Positions 35,801 through 50,421 of a DNA stretch of 64,000 nucleotides are shown piece by piece. The stretch covers positions 1 to 64,000 of the forward strand of contig JAUCBJ010004614.1 of the NCBI GenBank assembly GCA_032718475.1, read 5' to 3'. Numbering within the stretch: the stretch's first letter is position 1; each line of letters opens with the position of its first letter. The DNA is from Nemertoderma westbladi (lineage: Eukaryota > Animalia > Xenacoelomorpha). The position numbers and the translations under genes were made by a program. The notes beneath the pieces are model-generated. The model was not told the DNA's origin. It made no database searches and was given only the letters and a program-made list of their open reading frames with translations.

Positions 35801-38800
35801 ACTGTTGTAAATATTGGGACCCTGCATAAGCAACTTATTCAAACTCATTCCAGAATATTCGGCAGCCGCATCATTTACAATTCGAATTTCTCCTGGTTTA
35901 TTCGCATTTTCGACAAAGTGAGTAGGTAAATAATATGTTCGCGGTGACTCTATTAAATCATTTCCTGCTAGAATTCTGGCATGATCATTCTTCAAATACT
36001 CATGTAAGTTTTCAACATACATTTTTTCAATCTCAGGTCTTTTAGACAGGCGTTTCTTTAAACCTTTTAGTCTCTGTATAGCTAATGCTTTGTTGTTTTT
36101 TAAACATCTTTCTTTGTCTTTCCACAACATACCTATGGTATAGTGACCATTTTCGAATGTAATTGTATTTTTCAAAATTTCTAATGACTTAAGATCTTCC
36201 TTCGAATAACCGAGTTCGATGTTGTCTACATCCATCATGTTAACGTCCCAAAACTCCTTCATGTGATTATCCAAGATTTCATCTTTTCCTCTTTGCAAAT
36301 CCTTTAATTGTTGTATCAATTCAATCGGAATAGTTTTATGTATTTCCTCATGAACTAAATATGTGCAATATTGAGATAATCCTGGACTAGGATAAATTGG
36401 ACCTAGGGCTGTCCAGCCAAAAACTGTCTCGATGGCCACTGGATCTATATCATGTGGTCCTGGAACTTCATTCAGATGCCTATGTGCAGCTGGAGTTGTA
36501 ATACCAATTATTAAAGTTACAGCTGGGATATCAACATCTATAAATTCTGGAATATGTCTGAGATGCTGATACTTTTCTCGAGCCTCATCATTTAATTTAT
36601 ATTTCTCAAATTTGACATTGTCTTTAACTAATACATTATTTATTCTGGTCGAATAATCATATCCAGGCATAATAGCATCAACTATAAGACTAACTTGCCC
36701 AACTTTAGTACGCTGGTTATTAGATGTGATTGTAGTCAAACAAATTTCAGTTTTCTCAGTTTGCAATTTCAACTCCTTGACCACAATTGTATCTGAAAAT
36801 GTAAGACTTCCACCTGTATCAATTAATGCATATGTCGTTAATGATGCATCCCCTTGACCAACTCCTTTTATTCGAACTGGAACTATCTTCTGCAACAATC
36901 TTGTTTGCTGCACTTCTTGAAAGTTGGAAATAGCCTTCAGTGACGCCTGAATCATGTCCACTGATTTTTGAATTTCGATTTCCTCCCCCGCATTGGCTAT
37001 TTCCTCATTAGGTCTACCAATTTCGGCTGATTCATTACGGGCTGTAACATTTAGTTCACATAGCCTCTCAGCGTGAATTGATTCTGCAGAATCATATTTC
37101 ACTTTATAGTGTCTTGATGCCATATTTGGGCCCCCGCAGCGCTAGCACTGCCAATCATGTTAGTAGTGTTAGTAGTCAGTTGTGTAGTTGGTGTCGATCT
37201 CACACTAAATGCATTACCACTACTAGTCACATGCCCCATTTGTCCTGTTTGTCCGGGGCTTGTCATGTTACGCACATACAACTTTGGATCATAACCATGC
37301 AATAATGTATGATGACTACCATTGCACACATCACACCATATATTCCATGGACATTGATACATAATATGGCCCTTATTAGTACACCTATGACACACACCTT
37401 CACTCATGAGATAATTACCTCTCTGTACAGTATCTAACTTAGCTAGGTTCATACATCGACCTACATGGTGCGTCCTTGCTGTTGGCAAATTTAACACTCT
37501 TTCACAATATATACAGTTTTTATCTCCTACTACACCTGGTGTTATCGCAGTTGTAACTGGTCTCGGTTGTATCTGCCTACCAATATTGTATATTGAATGT
37601 GAATTAAGAAAAAAACTGAATTATTGTACTGTACATATTATTGTCTCCCCTACTGGGCCTATTGTTCCCTATTCGTGCTGGTAAAACAGACCTATCAAAG
37701 TCTGGCTGAGAATAGCCACCTCGGCCTGGTTGATAATAATTTGATCTAAAGGCAGCACCATTAGACCAATTTGTATATCTAGATTGCCTGTTTAAAGGCA
37801 TTGACATTTGTCTATTTTGATTGGGTTGTTGTTTAAAATTGCTTGCAGAACTTTTCATAGGCTTACCAGCTGGACCCCAAATTTCATGTTCTGCCTCTAC
37901 CCCAAATAATTCATTACACATGGAGTCACTATGCATTTCAATGAATGCTGATAATTGTACAAGGTCAGGGTCTTGTCCTTTCAGACGTTTAATATTCTCA
38001 GCATGTGGCCTCCATTTATTTTGTATAAAATCTGGAAAGGTCCATAGTGCATTTTGTACATTTGAGGACAATGTTAAATATTCCTGTGCTCCTATATACT
38101 GGAGACAATTTACCATAGACCGAATCATATCTGAGTATCTACGAACATCTTTACCAGATGCATTGTTTGGGAATTTGGGATGTTCCCTAATTTTCTGTTC
38201 ACATTTCCGCTGTATTAGAGCTGGATCCCCATAACGTCTAGATAAAAGTCCCCATGCTCTAACATAGCCATCTGGTGTCCCCCGTAATGGTTTCACTAAT
38301 GTATATGCTTCACCCTTTAAATGTTTTAATAACAGCTGTAATTTTTCATCCTCACTCCAATACCTTTTTTGAGCTACATTTTGGACAAATTCTATTTTAA
38401 AATTTATGAATTCAATAGGGTCTCCTGCAAATTTCTCATCATCAGAAGGTTGCCACACTGTCTGTCTATCATGAAGTCTTTCAAAATACTCCCTTGTTAA
38501 ACTATCAATTCCACCACCTCCAAAATAACGTTGATTTGGATTCTGGATCGAATTATCTTGTCCTGTGTTTGGGTATCTTCTTTCCCTGTTTGGGTGACCT
38601 CTTCTATCATCCCAATTACCACCATCTCCTCCATCAGGTGGTCCACTTCCTCCATCAGGAGGTCCACTTCCTCTACAAGAGCTACGTGAATTACCGTCAT
38701 TGAAATCATAATCTCCCCTATATTGTTCGGGATTTCCACCGTTCCTATTATCTCCTGCTGCTGAATTTCCTGATGGAATCATTCCCCCTTGGAATTCACT

Positions 38801-41667
38801 AAACCTTTCCACTGGTGCCTTTTCTGGTGCTCGATATGGTCCAGTATGGCAAGCAAAACCCTCTCCTTTATCTTCATATTGCAGAAAATAAGAAGGGGGT
38901 GGTCTCTGAGGAATGTCATTGCTATCCACTGGTGCATAGATCCATTCTGGCTTATCTGGATGTAACATTTCTTTAAACTTTGCCCCATCTTGCGACTTAT
39001 ATTGATCCATTTCAATCTTCAAAGGATTTCTATTATAAAGGAGATATGGAGTGTGGATTCGCCTCTGGTTGATTAATCCGAGCTAATGGATCATCTTTCC
39101 AAATTTCCCGTTCATGGTCTTGCATCATTTTTGTATCCGTAAGAGCTGTTTGTTGTATGGATTCGGCTAATAACTCTGTTCGTTGAACAAGCACATCATC
39201 CTCATCATGTAACGCATAATTACATGCCTCTAAATAATTTTCCTCGTATCGTAAATGACCATACTTATCATTAGGTATTTGCTTAGGAATAGCTCTGTCT
39301 ACCATTGGTTCTTGTGTATCACCACCTGCCACTATTTGGCGAATTGACCTGAGTGGTTGTGCCTGCTGCTCATCCTTCTCTAAAGGCAAATGATCCATGT
39401 TAAATTTAGCAGGTTTATCATTTATTGTGATAGTGTTAGCCTGTGGAATTGGCTCCACATTTAATCTACTTCTTGTAAAGTGATCAAACTTGTTACTTAG
39501 TTCAAAATATTTTTCATCATTTACTGCTTGTATTTTTAAAAAATCATTTTGTACCCTTTGCATTTCCTTTGTAATACTACCTACTATATCTTCAACATGT
39601 TCTAAAGCATTAACTGTATGACTCTTTTGTAGATTTGTTAAAATAGGTTCTCTATTGAAAGAGTTAATATCCATATTGGGATCAAAATGGACATGCAATC
39701 TCGGTTGTAAATGTGGGGTTGTAGTAGTGACAGGCATCAAAGGCGTTGATGCAGAAGATATGCCTACATTTAGATCTTCAAAACTGTCATTAAAGTGATA
39801 ATCATCAAAAAATGTCATCAAACTGCTATTTGAATTTTGTAAGCTACTGGCTTGTTTGTGTACACTGAGAGGCTCTGGATCTCTCTTTTTATTAAAATGT
39901 ACATTTAATACATCTGAGCCCCTTTGGGATGTTGAAATTTTTGTAGCAACATTAGAACCTGCCACACATTGAACCAATCCTACATCACTGCTCAGCCTAG
40001 CTGAGGTGCTAATCCCTTGAGTAGTTAGACCTATATCTTGCAAAAAATTTGTATCTAAATTTACCATTTCAGAACAAATGGGTCCACTAATACTAACTGC
40101 TGGTTCTAATGAATAACCTACATTAACTACCTTTGGTTCATCATCTGTATATGCTCTGCCTACATTTCTTAATACTGTAATATCAGGAGGCTGTGATTCA
40201 TTGAATAACTCCGGTACATTGATACTACTAATTGCATCTGACACCAGATTATCAATACTGGTATCGAAATCATCGGCTTCTTGATCCAATTCAGCTGTAG
40301 TTGTACTGATTACCTCTCCATGGGTATTTTCATAATATCTTACCCATTGCGCCTCCTCAAAGTTAAGATTATCGGCTGATATTAATCTATTGACAGTTTC
40401 TTCATGCAATATTCTCCTACTCTCCTCCGCACTGAGCTCAGCTTCCTTCTCTTTATTTAAACGCTCTTGTTCCGTTTCTATTTGAGTCAGAGTCCGCTCT
40501 TTCTCAATTCTTTGTTCAACTAATGTCTTCTCCAGTGCAGCTTGTTCACTTTCATATCTAATCTTCTCTAACTGTTGCTGATTTTCTTCTTCAATTCTCT
40601 CTAAGTCCAAACGTTTCTCATTGCAAATTCGTTCCTGCTCTAAACTATTTCTGCGCTTTGTATTTTCAGCTTCACGTTTTTTGCTCCGTTTCTGATATCA
40701 AAAGCTTTTCCTGCTGTTGTAAATCAACTTTCAATAACTCTTTCTGAAAATTGATGGCACTACTGCTTGCTCTCCTACCTGCTTCTAAAGCCGCTGCTTT
40801 CTTTGCTATTTCTAAGTCACTCTTAATTATCTCCCCTTGAAGTTTAGCGTTGACTTGAGCAGCTACACGTTCTTTACGGGCCTTCACTCTTAACTCAATA
40901 ATTCGCTCCATAGTACAGCTGGCCGAACTTCGTGCTGAAGACCTCGACCGTTTACTACTATGAGATTTACTGCTACCTAAACTACTTGCTACTGATTCAT
41001 TACATACAGAAATATCTTCTTCAAAATTAACATTCTGAACATAATTGGAGCACTTTTCTTGAAGGTCAATTCCTTCCTTTGGTACATCAGGTTCAACTAG
41101 AAATTCTTGTGCTAAAATGGTCTCCCCCAATCCTAGCACATTCTTATTTACTACATCACCTACACTATTATTTATTCCACACTTTTTCTTTAATCTATTC
41201 CATGAATTATTAAGTGCATCCTTTTCCTTAGTTTGTGCTGTCACATACTTAGAATCATCTACTCCTGCTAAATGTACTAGTTCCTAAAAATTAATATGAT
41301 ATGTCTGTAAAGAATGGTCTGTTCTATTTATTATATCTCGTACTTCCTCCAATCTGGTATTATCACTAATTCTAGCCGACAACTTGTCTATAACAGATTG
41401 GATATGCGTTCGTGAAGTCGTGATAGATCGTTTGAGCTGCTTTACCCGATCCTGACTCCCCAGGTTGGCCAAACCTCGAGAGCTAGAACGAACATTTTCA
41501 GCAACTCTCCGACCATCAAGCGACCCACTATAGCAAGTTCCAGATCGTGTCATATGCTTGTCTCGGCATGTTGCACTTGCCTCTGCACCTGCAGGTTGCG
41601 AGGTTTGTACAACATTAACTACTGTACTGGTACTGTCAACATTACTTTCTAAATCTTTCTGTTCCAT
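32839..41667 (-). pseudogene. BEL/Pao Gag-Pol polyprotein, disrupted by ~1 stop and ~5 frameshifts
   Basis: KFAGDPIEF..F gag motif; BEL Cys-His cluster CHRCTNKGH..C..CDVCNGSHHTLLH; protease YALIDTG; RT FYVDD; RNase H FCDASEAGYGAV / TIPRLELLAA; integrase H..H..CYVC, GVDYWGP, SDNGSNF, GGVWERMV. Confidence 0.93.
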
Positions 41668-42746
41668 TTTATATCCCTTTGTTATTACAAATTTTATTTA
41701 TTTATAAATTTTTATTCTTTCTTACTTCTAATTATATATCAGTCTTATATCAACTTTCGATTCCTATCACTCCCTATCTGCCTATTTCAAACAAATATCG
41801 TGCTGTAGAGATAAGTCCTTTATATAATTCCTTTCTCCTTTCTGGCTGTCTGGTAAACCTACAGTAATATATACCTACCGCTATAACGGCAATTTCTTTC
41901 CTATAATTTATTTAGGCCTAGGCCTATATCTGTATATAATTAATTTCTTGATTTCTTGAGTAGGTAGACCTACCAACTAAAGAGAAACAGGTAGACAGGT
42001 ATTCGTCAACAATGTTCATGTACAAGTTTCCTTCATATATAGTATCGACGGTATATATAAAGGCCTACTAAAGGTATCACTGTATCATAATTATAATAAA
42101 TATTCCGGTCTTTTCAAATTTTATCTGTCAGTCTTTCTGTATTTACTTAGGTAATAGACGTGTATCTGCCTATCAACAATCCAGTCAAATAAGTTTAGCA
42201 ATACCGGTATTAAATTCTGCCTTTTACAGTATTACATAAGAAGAAAATCTGCCATTATAATATATATCATATCATATCATATTCATAAGACAATCAACAT
42301 TAAATAATAATATTATTCAAATTTCATAAATTACTCAAAATTAGGCCTAATTACCGGTATCCAAATTCAAACAAAATTAAGCCTACACAAACTGAAAGGC
42401 AGAAAAGGTAATCATCAGTACTGAACCGGTATATAATGTACGTATATATATATATATATCCAACACACAACCTTAGGGCCACTTATGGATGTAAGTAGGT
42501 GGCCTTATGGTTCTATTCAATATCCAACAGTGGCCCTATGGTCGGAAAGGTGGCCCTATGGTTTAATCGTGCCATGGGGCCACAGTGGCCCTATGGTATG
42601 AAGTAGTTGTAAGGCGTTATAAGGTCCTTTGGACATTAGGTGTTGCATCTTTAGGTCCTATGAGTGGTGGTTATTAACCCCTGCGCTGTTAGTTTCTTTC
42701 ATAATACAGTAGTTTTATATATATTTAAAGCTGATTATCTTCAAAA

Positions 42747-44962
42747 ATTCAGTAAGCCTTCTTTCTATTAAGTGAGCGTTCTATTCAGGGATTGTTCTAT
42801 TCAGTGAACGTTCTATTTACAGTGAGTATTCTATTCAGTGAGCGTTCTATTCAGTGAGTGTTATATTCTGTGAACGTTCAATTCAGTGAGCGTTCTATTC
42901 AGTGCACGTTCAATTCAGTGAGCGTTCTATTCAGTGAACGTTCTATTCAGGGAGTGTTCTATTCAGTAAGCGTTCTATTCAGTGAACTTCCTATTCAGCG
43001 AGTGTTCTATTCAGGGAGTGTTCTATTCAGTAAGCGTTCTATTCAGTCAACTTCCTATTCAGTGAGTGTTCAATTATGCGAACGTTCTATTCAGTGAGCG
43101 TTCTATTCAGTGAGTGTACTATTCAGTGAGTGTTCTATTCAGTGAGCATTCAATTCAGTTTGCGTTCTATTCAGTGCACGTTCAATTCAGTGAGCGTTCT
43201 ATTCAGTGAACGTTCTATTCAGGGAGTGTTCTATTCAGTAAGCGTTCTATTCAGTAAACTTCCTATTCTGCGAGTGTTCTACTCAGTAAGCGTTCTATTC
43301 CGTGAACGTTATATTCAGTGAATGTTCTATTCAGTATGCGTTCTATTCAGTGAACTTCCTATTCAGCGAGTGTTCTATTCAGTAAGCGTTCTATTAAGTG
43401 AGCTTTCTATTCAGCGATCGTTCTATTCAGTGAACGTTCTATAGAGTGAGTATTCTATTCTGTGAACGTTCTATTAAGTGAGCGTTCTATTCAGCGATCG
43501 TTCTATTCAGTGAACGTTCTATTTAGTGAGTATTCTATTCAGTGAGCGTTCTATTCAGTGAGTGTTATATTCTGTGAACGTTCAATTCAGTGAGCGTTCT
43601 ATTCAGTGCACGTTCAATTCAGTGAGCGTTCTATTCAGTGAACGTTATATTCAGGGATTGTTCTATTCAGTACGCGTTCTATTCAGTGAACTTCCTATTC
43701 AGCGAGTGTTCTATTCAGTAAGCGTTCTATTCAGTGAAGTACCTATTCAGTGAGTGTTCAATTAAATGAACGTTCTATTCAGAGAACGTTCTATTCATTG
43801 AGTATTCTATTCAGTGAGCGTTCTATTCAGTGAGTGTTATATTCTGTGAACGTTCAATTCAGTGAGCGTTCTATTCAGTGCACGTTCAATTCAGTGAGCG
43901 TTCTATTCAGTGAACGTTCTATTCAGGGATTGTTCTATTCAGTAAGCGTTCTATTCAGTGAACGCTCTATTCAGTTAGTGTTCTATTCAGTGGACATTCT
44001 ATTCAGTGAGTGTTCTATTCAGTAAGCGTTCTATTAATTTAACGTTCTATTTAGTGAGTGTTCTATTCAGTAAGCGTTCTATTCAGTGATCGTTCTATTC
44101 AGTGAGTGTTATATTCTGTGAAAGTTCAATTCAGTGAGCGTTCTATTCAGTTAGCGTTCTATTCAGTGAACGTTCAATTCAGTGAGCGTTCTATTCAGTT
44201 AACGTTCTATTCAGTGAGTGTTCTATTCAGTAAGCGTTCTATTCATTGAACGTTCTATTCAGTGAGTGTTCTATTCAGTAAGCGTTCTATTCAGTGAGCG
44301 TTCTATTCAGTGAGTGTTATATTCTGTGAACGTTCAATTCAGTGAGCATTATATTCATTGAACGTTCTATTCAGTGAGTGTTATATTCTGTGAACGTTCA
44401 ATTCAGTGAGCGTTCTATTCAGCGCACGTTCAATTCAGTGAGCATTCTATTCAGTGAACGTTCTATTCAGTGAGTGTTCTATTCAGTGAACGTTCTATTC
44501 AGTGAGTGTTCTATTCACTAAGCGTTCTATTCAGTGAACTTTCTATTCAGTGAGTGTTCTATTCAGTAAGCGTTCTATTCCGTGAACGTTATATTCAGTA
44601 AGTGTTCTATTCAGTAAGCGTTCTATTTAGTGAATGTTCTATTCAGTGAGCATTATATTCAGTGAGTGTTCAATTAAGTGAGCGTTCTATTTATTGAACG
44701 TTCTATTCAGTGAGTTTTCTATTCAGTGAGCGTTTTATTTAGTGCATGTTCTATTCAGTAAGCGTTCTATTTAGTGAACGTTCTATTCAGTGAGTGTTCT
44801 ATTCAGTAAGCTTATTCAGTTAACGTTATTTTCAGTTAGTATTCTATTCAGTAAGCGTTCTATTCAGGGAACGTTCTAGTCAGCGAGTGTTCTATTCAGT
44901 AAGTGTTCTATTCAGTAAGTGTTCTATTCATTGAACGTTCTATTCAATGAGCGTTCTATTAA
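42747..44962. repeat. 16-bp satellite ATTCAGTGAGCGTTCT, left part
   Basis: Directly visible tandem repeat with variants (GAAC/GAGC/GAGT/TAAG). Confidence 0.97.
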
Positions 44963-47900
44963 CCCTTCCCCGGTAACGTGGGGTAAAATAATACCCCAAG
45001 GGGATTAATTTTGATATTTTTCGACAATCTCTCATATTATGTATGTCCAGCTTCATAGTATCTTCCAAAAAACTTGTAATCTAACGATTGTGTGGGTCAA
45101 ACCCATAAAATTTTGTTTATGAAAAATGTTATGGGCCTTTCTGCCTTTAATTTGAAAACAACTTAGTTAGGTAAGATGGGGTATAAAAATACCCCATAAC
45201 GTTATGGTGCTGGTTTAGTAGTACTTTGTGACTCATTTTGGTGTCATTTGAACCACAATGGTCGATTTAGTTGTACTAGACTGCTAGACAGCTAGAGGCA
45301 TGTTTTAACTTTGACTTTTAAGACCAAATTATCAGTATTTTGAAGCTACTGTATTCTGGTATTGTGTATGGCCTGTATTTCACAAGCCAAGACTTCGGCC
45401 TAATCGCGATATGCGATAGATTCTGAGATTGCTAAGTATAATATGTGAATAATTCTTATTGTAGGCTTTCTTAGTGGTGTTCTGTCCTTTTGGGTCTCAT
45501 TATGGGTTCATTGTAACTGCAATAATGTATAATTTAGTTGGGACAATAATCACATTTAATGTTTATCACATTTAATTAAAATACTAGTTCAACCGCGCAA
45601 AATACCAAACAAACCCTGGATGACCACTGCTTTAATTAATTGTACAATAAAAAAAAATAAGCTATATCGTCAATACCTAAAACAACCCACTGAATCTAAC
45701 CTGATAAAATTCAAGATGTACAGAAATAAATTAACTTCATCCCTGAGAACTGCAGAAAAGCTATACTATACAGACCAATTTGAAAAAAATTCGAAAAATA
45801 TTCGAAAAACTTGGCTGATAATAAATTCCGCACTTAACAAATCGAAAAAAATAAGCATCCCTAACCAAATTACCACTCGTACCGATAATATAATTGAAAC
45901 TACTAGAGACCCCGCTAAAATAGCTAATATTCTTAATACTCACTTCGCTACCGTAGGTTCTAAACTAAATAGAAACATCCCAACATCTAATCGATCCCCA
46001 CTCCGTTTCATTTCTAACCCCAACCGACGTCCTAACTCGTTCTCGCTTATTGAAACTACTCCTGTAGAAGTCGAATATTTATTGCTCCATCTAATTCCCA
46101 AATCTGCAACAACGATTCATTCCCCACTAAGTTACTTCAACTCGCGGCTAAACCTATATCTATATATCTCAGCAAACTAATTAATCTATCTATCAGGTTA
46201 GGACACTTCCCGAGTTCCCTCAAAATTGCTAAAGTTATCCCTTCATACAAAACGGATGACCCTACTGATCCTAATAATTATCGACCGATCTCGCTTCTTC
46301 CAATACTAAGTAAAATATTCGAACAGATCATTAACTCACAACTACTATCTTACCTAAGTAAATTCAAATTACTAACAAACTCCCAGTACGGTTTTCGGCC
46401 CAAAATTTCGACCTCACACGCTTTACTTTCGGTTATTGAAAAAATTCACCAAGCACTTGATAATAAAAAAACCACATATGCTATATATATAGATCTAAAG
46501 AAGGCTTTTGACACTATCAATACAAAAATACTCTTAGATAAGCTAAACTGCTATGGCGTACGCGGTATCCCTCATCAACTAATCTCTAGCTTCCTATCCT
46601 CTAGATTTCAGTACGTGTCTATAGACTCCTGCTCATCTACTCTCTTACCATTACTATGTGGCCTCCCTCAGGGAGGGGTTCTCTCCCCCCTTCTATTTCT
46701 AATCTACATTAATGACTTACCCAATGTAACTACTTTATTAGCTACGTTATTTGCAGACGACACTACTCTATTTCAATCAGGCACCAATCTAACCGATCTA
46801 ACTAATGACATTAACCTGGAATTGAATAAAATCGCTGGTTGGCTAATTGATAATCGTCTTTCCCTAAATCTAAAAAAAACTGAAGCTACTCTATTCTCCA
46901 ATACACTCCAACAAACTTGTAATCTACCTGCACTCCAAATAAATAATAATAAAATTCAAATTACAAATAGCACTAAATTTTTGGGTGTGTATGTAGATAA
47001 CAATTTAAATTGGAAACCCCATATAGATTTCGTTAAAAGTAAAATATCAAAATCTGCAGGCATTTTCTACAAGCTTCGACATATATTTCCACTACAAATA
47101 CTAAGACAACTTTATTTTACACTAATTCATCCCTACCTCAACTATGGAATCTTGCTATGGGGTAATACCCATTCTAGTACGCTAAAATCGCTTCGAATCA
47201 AAATCAACAAATTAGTCAGATGTATTACTTTCAACCACTACCAGGCCTCTTCTCATCCAATATATAAATCTCTATCTATACTTCCGCTGAATTTACTATA
47301 TAAACATCAAGTAGGATCTCTTATGTACGATGTAAACTCTACTCCTAATAACTTACCAACTTCAATTCAAGATCTATTCAGGAAAACCTCTACAGTACAT
47401 AACTACCCTACTCGTTCTGCTACTCGTGGCGACTTCTATATTCAAACAGCACGTTTAACTTCGACACAACGATCCATCAGCTTTCAAGGTCCCCTGATTT
47501 GGAATGAAATACCAGCTACAATTAAAAATAGTAAGTCCAAAACCAGCTTCACAAACTCTTTCAAAAAAATTTTACTCTCAAGTTTACCAGTAACATAAAC
47601 TTTTGAAAATAAATTCTTAAAAGTAAATAAAAAAAACGCAGCTTCATTTCTTTCTTCCTTTTTCTCTTTATTCTTATAGTTTGTTTTGCTCATTTTTTCG
47701 CTCAGTATATAGATGTTGAACTGTGGCTTAGGAGTTAATCTGATAGGTGTAGTTAACCAACAAAAATTAAAGAAAAAATTAGTATTATCTTTCTTATGCT
47801 AAAAACGACCCCAAATCTCCCCCCCCCCCCCCCCCACCCACCCCATCACCCCCCCCCCCCCCTCCCACCCATCACCAACACCCCCCCCCCCCACCACTCC

Positions 47901-48590
47901 CCCCCCCCCCCCCCCCAACATGACTTCCAGCTGCTGCAGTCGGTCTGTACTAGCACCGTAGCTATTGCCTGGCTGCAGCAGTAAATAATAACTATTACTT
48001 TTGTGTAATATGTCATTTTTGTAGTGCCTGGAATTTTAATTTTAATTTGGAAGTTATGAATAAATGTTAAATGTTAATGACCAAATCATCAGTACTTTTG
48101 CAGTCATGGTGTAAATTTCATATTACAATTCAAGATCTTCTGCTATTGCGAGGTGATATAGGGCCTATCTGTATATATATATATTTCATCTTGTTGACTT
48201 TCAGTGGTGGTATTTGACTCATTTTATGCTTCTTGGAACTGCAATGGTATACTTGTTGACCCATAACACCACTAAAAAACCTAAAATGAGAAACACTCTC
48301 ACACAGCTAATGCTTCACTATGATAGTATCTTGTTGCAAAACGCCCCATCGCGACGTTAACGATGATCGCGATTGTAGTGGGATAACTTTTGTGGCATTG
48401 AGCGTTGGGTAGACTTCAACCAAATTGAAAAAACAAATTCACAACTTATTTTTTCACCATTTGGCAAATTTTGGGAGGGGGATTGCAAGTGTTTTTCTGT
48501 TTAATGTTACTTAAAATGTCTTATCAATTTGGGGTATAAAAATACCCCACGTTACCGGTGAAGGATAATTTTTTACCATACCGGGCAGGG
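44963..48590. mobile_element. piggyBac-like non-autonomous element
   Basis: TTAA|CCCTTCCCCGGTA ... TACCGGGCAGGG|TTAA; inner IR CCGGTAACGTGGGGTA / TACCCCACGTTACCGG; TTAA TSD inside the satellite. Confidence 0.85.
45590..48079 (+). mobile_element. 5'-truncated CR1/L2-group LINE (RT ORF2, frameshift near 46110)
   Basis: KPWMT, NYRPISLLP, QYGFR, IDLKKAFDTI, GLPQGGVLSPLLFLIYINDL, LFADDT, KFLGVYVD..LNWKPHI; ORF ends 47598; tail AATAAATGTTAAATGTTAATG. Confidence 0.9.
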
Positions 48591-50421
48591 TTAAGTGAAA
48601 GTTATATTCTGTGAATGTTCTATTTAGTAAATGCTCTTTTCAGTGAGCATTATATTCAGCGAGCCTTCTATTCAGTGAACGTTCTATTAAGTGAGTGTTC
48701 TATTCAGTGAGTGTTCTATTCAGTGAGCGTTCTATTCAGTGAGTGTTCTATTCAGTGAGTGTTCTATTCAGTGAGTGTTCTATTCAGTGAGAGTTATATT
48801 CAGTGAGCTTTCTATTGATTGAGTGTTCTATTCAGTGAGCATTATATTCAGTGAGCGCTCTATTCAGTGAGCTTTCTATTAAGTGAACGTTCTATTCAGT
48901 GAGTGTTCTATTCAGTGAGCGTTCTATTCAGTGAGCGTTCTATTCAGTGAGTTTTCTATTTAGTGAGTGATATATTCAGTGAATGTTCTATTCAGTGAGT
49001 GTTATATTCATTGAACATTCTATTCCGTGAGTGTTCTAGTCAGTGAGTGGTTTATTCAGTGAGTGTTCTATTCAGTGAATGTTCTATTCGGTGATCGTTC
49101 TATTCAGCGAGTGTTATATTCAGTAAGCGTTCTATTCAGTGAAAGTTATATTCAGCGAGTGTTCTATTCAGTGAACGTTATATTCAGTGAGAGTTCACGT
49201 CAATGAGTGTTTTATTCAGTGAGTGTTCTGTTCAGTGAGCATTATATTTAGTGGCATTATAATCAGTGATCGTTCTATTTTACGAGTGTTCTAATCAGTG
49301 AGCGTTCTATTCAGTGAGTGTTATATTCAGTGAGTGTTCTATTCAGTGAGTGTTCTATTCAGTGAGTGTTCTATTCAATTATCGTTCTATTCAGAGAGTG
49401 TTTTATTTAGTGGTGTACTATTCAGTGGGTGTTCATTTCTGTGAGTGTTCTATTTAGTGTGTGTTTTATTCAGTGAGCATTCTATTCAATGAATGTTTAA
49501 TTCTGTGAGTGTTATATACAGTGAGCGTTCTATTCAGTGAGCGTTATATTCAGTGAGCGTTCTATATAGTGAGTGTTATGTACAGTGAACGTTCTAATCA
49601 GTAAGCGTTCTATTCAGTGAGCGTTCTATATAGTGAGTGTTCTATTCAGTGAGCGTTATATTCAGTGAATGTTATATTCAGTGAGCATACTATTCAATGA
49701 ATGTTCAATTCTGTGAGTGTTATATTCATTGAGCGTTCTATTCAGTAAGCTTCTATTCAGTGAGCGTTATATTCAGTGAGCGTTCTATATAGTGAGTGTT
49801 CTATTCAGTGAGCGTTATATTCAGTGAATGTTATATTCAGTGAGCGTTCTATTGAGTGAGTGTTCTATTCAGTGAGTGTTCTATTCAATTATCGTTCTAT
49901 TCAGAGAGTGTTCTATTTAGTGGTGTACTATTCAGTGGATGTTCATTTCTGTGAGTGTTCTATTTAGTGTGTGTTTTATTCAGTGAGCATTCTATTCAAT
50001 GAATGTTTAATTCTGTGAGTGTTATATACAGTGAGCGTTATATTCAGTAAGCGTTCTATTCAGTGAGCATTATATTCAGTGAGCGTTCTATATAGTGAGT
50101 GTTATATACAGTGAGCGTTCTAATCAGTAGGCGTTCTATTCAGTGAGCGTTCTATATAGTGAGCGTTCTATTCAGTGAGCATTATATTAAGTGAGCATTA
50201 TAATCAGTGAGCGTTCTATTCAGTGAGTGTTCTATTCAGTGAGCGTTATATTCAGTGAGGGTTCTATTCAGTGAGTGTTCTATTGAGTGAGCGTTCCACG
50301 CAATGAACGTTCTATTCAGTTATCGTTCTATTCAGTGAGCATTATATTCAGTGAGTGTTCTATTCAGTGAGCGTTATACTCAGTGAGCGTTCTATTCCGA
50401 ACACATTCTATTCAGTGAGCG
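48591..50421. repeat. 16-bp satellite ATTCAGTGAGCGTTCT, right part
   Basis: Same unit resumes in register after the TTAA; contains a duplicated block (~49330-49640 vs ~49850-50170). Confidence 0.97.

Noticed and set aside
42858-44025. 'SVSVLFSERSIQ' ORFs
   Set aside because: Translations of the 16-bp satellite.
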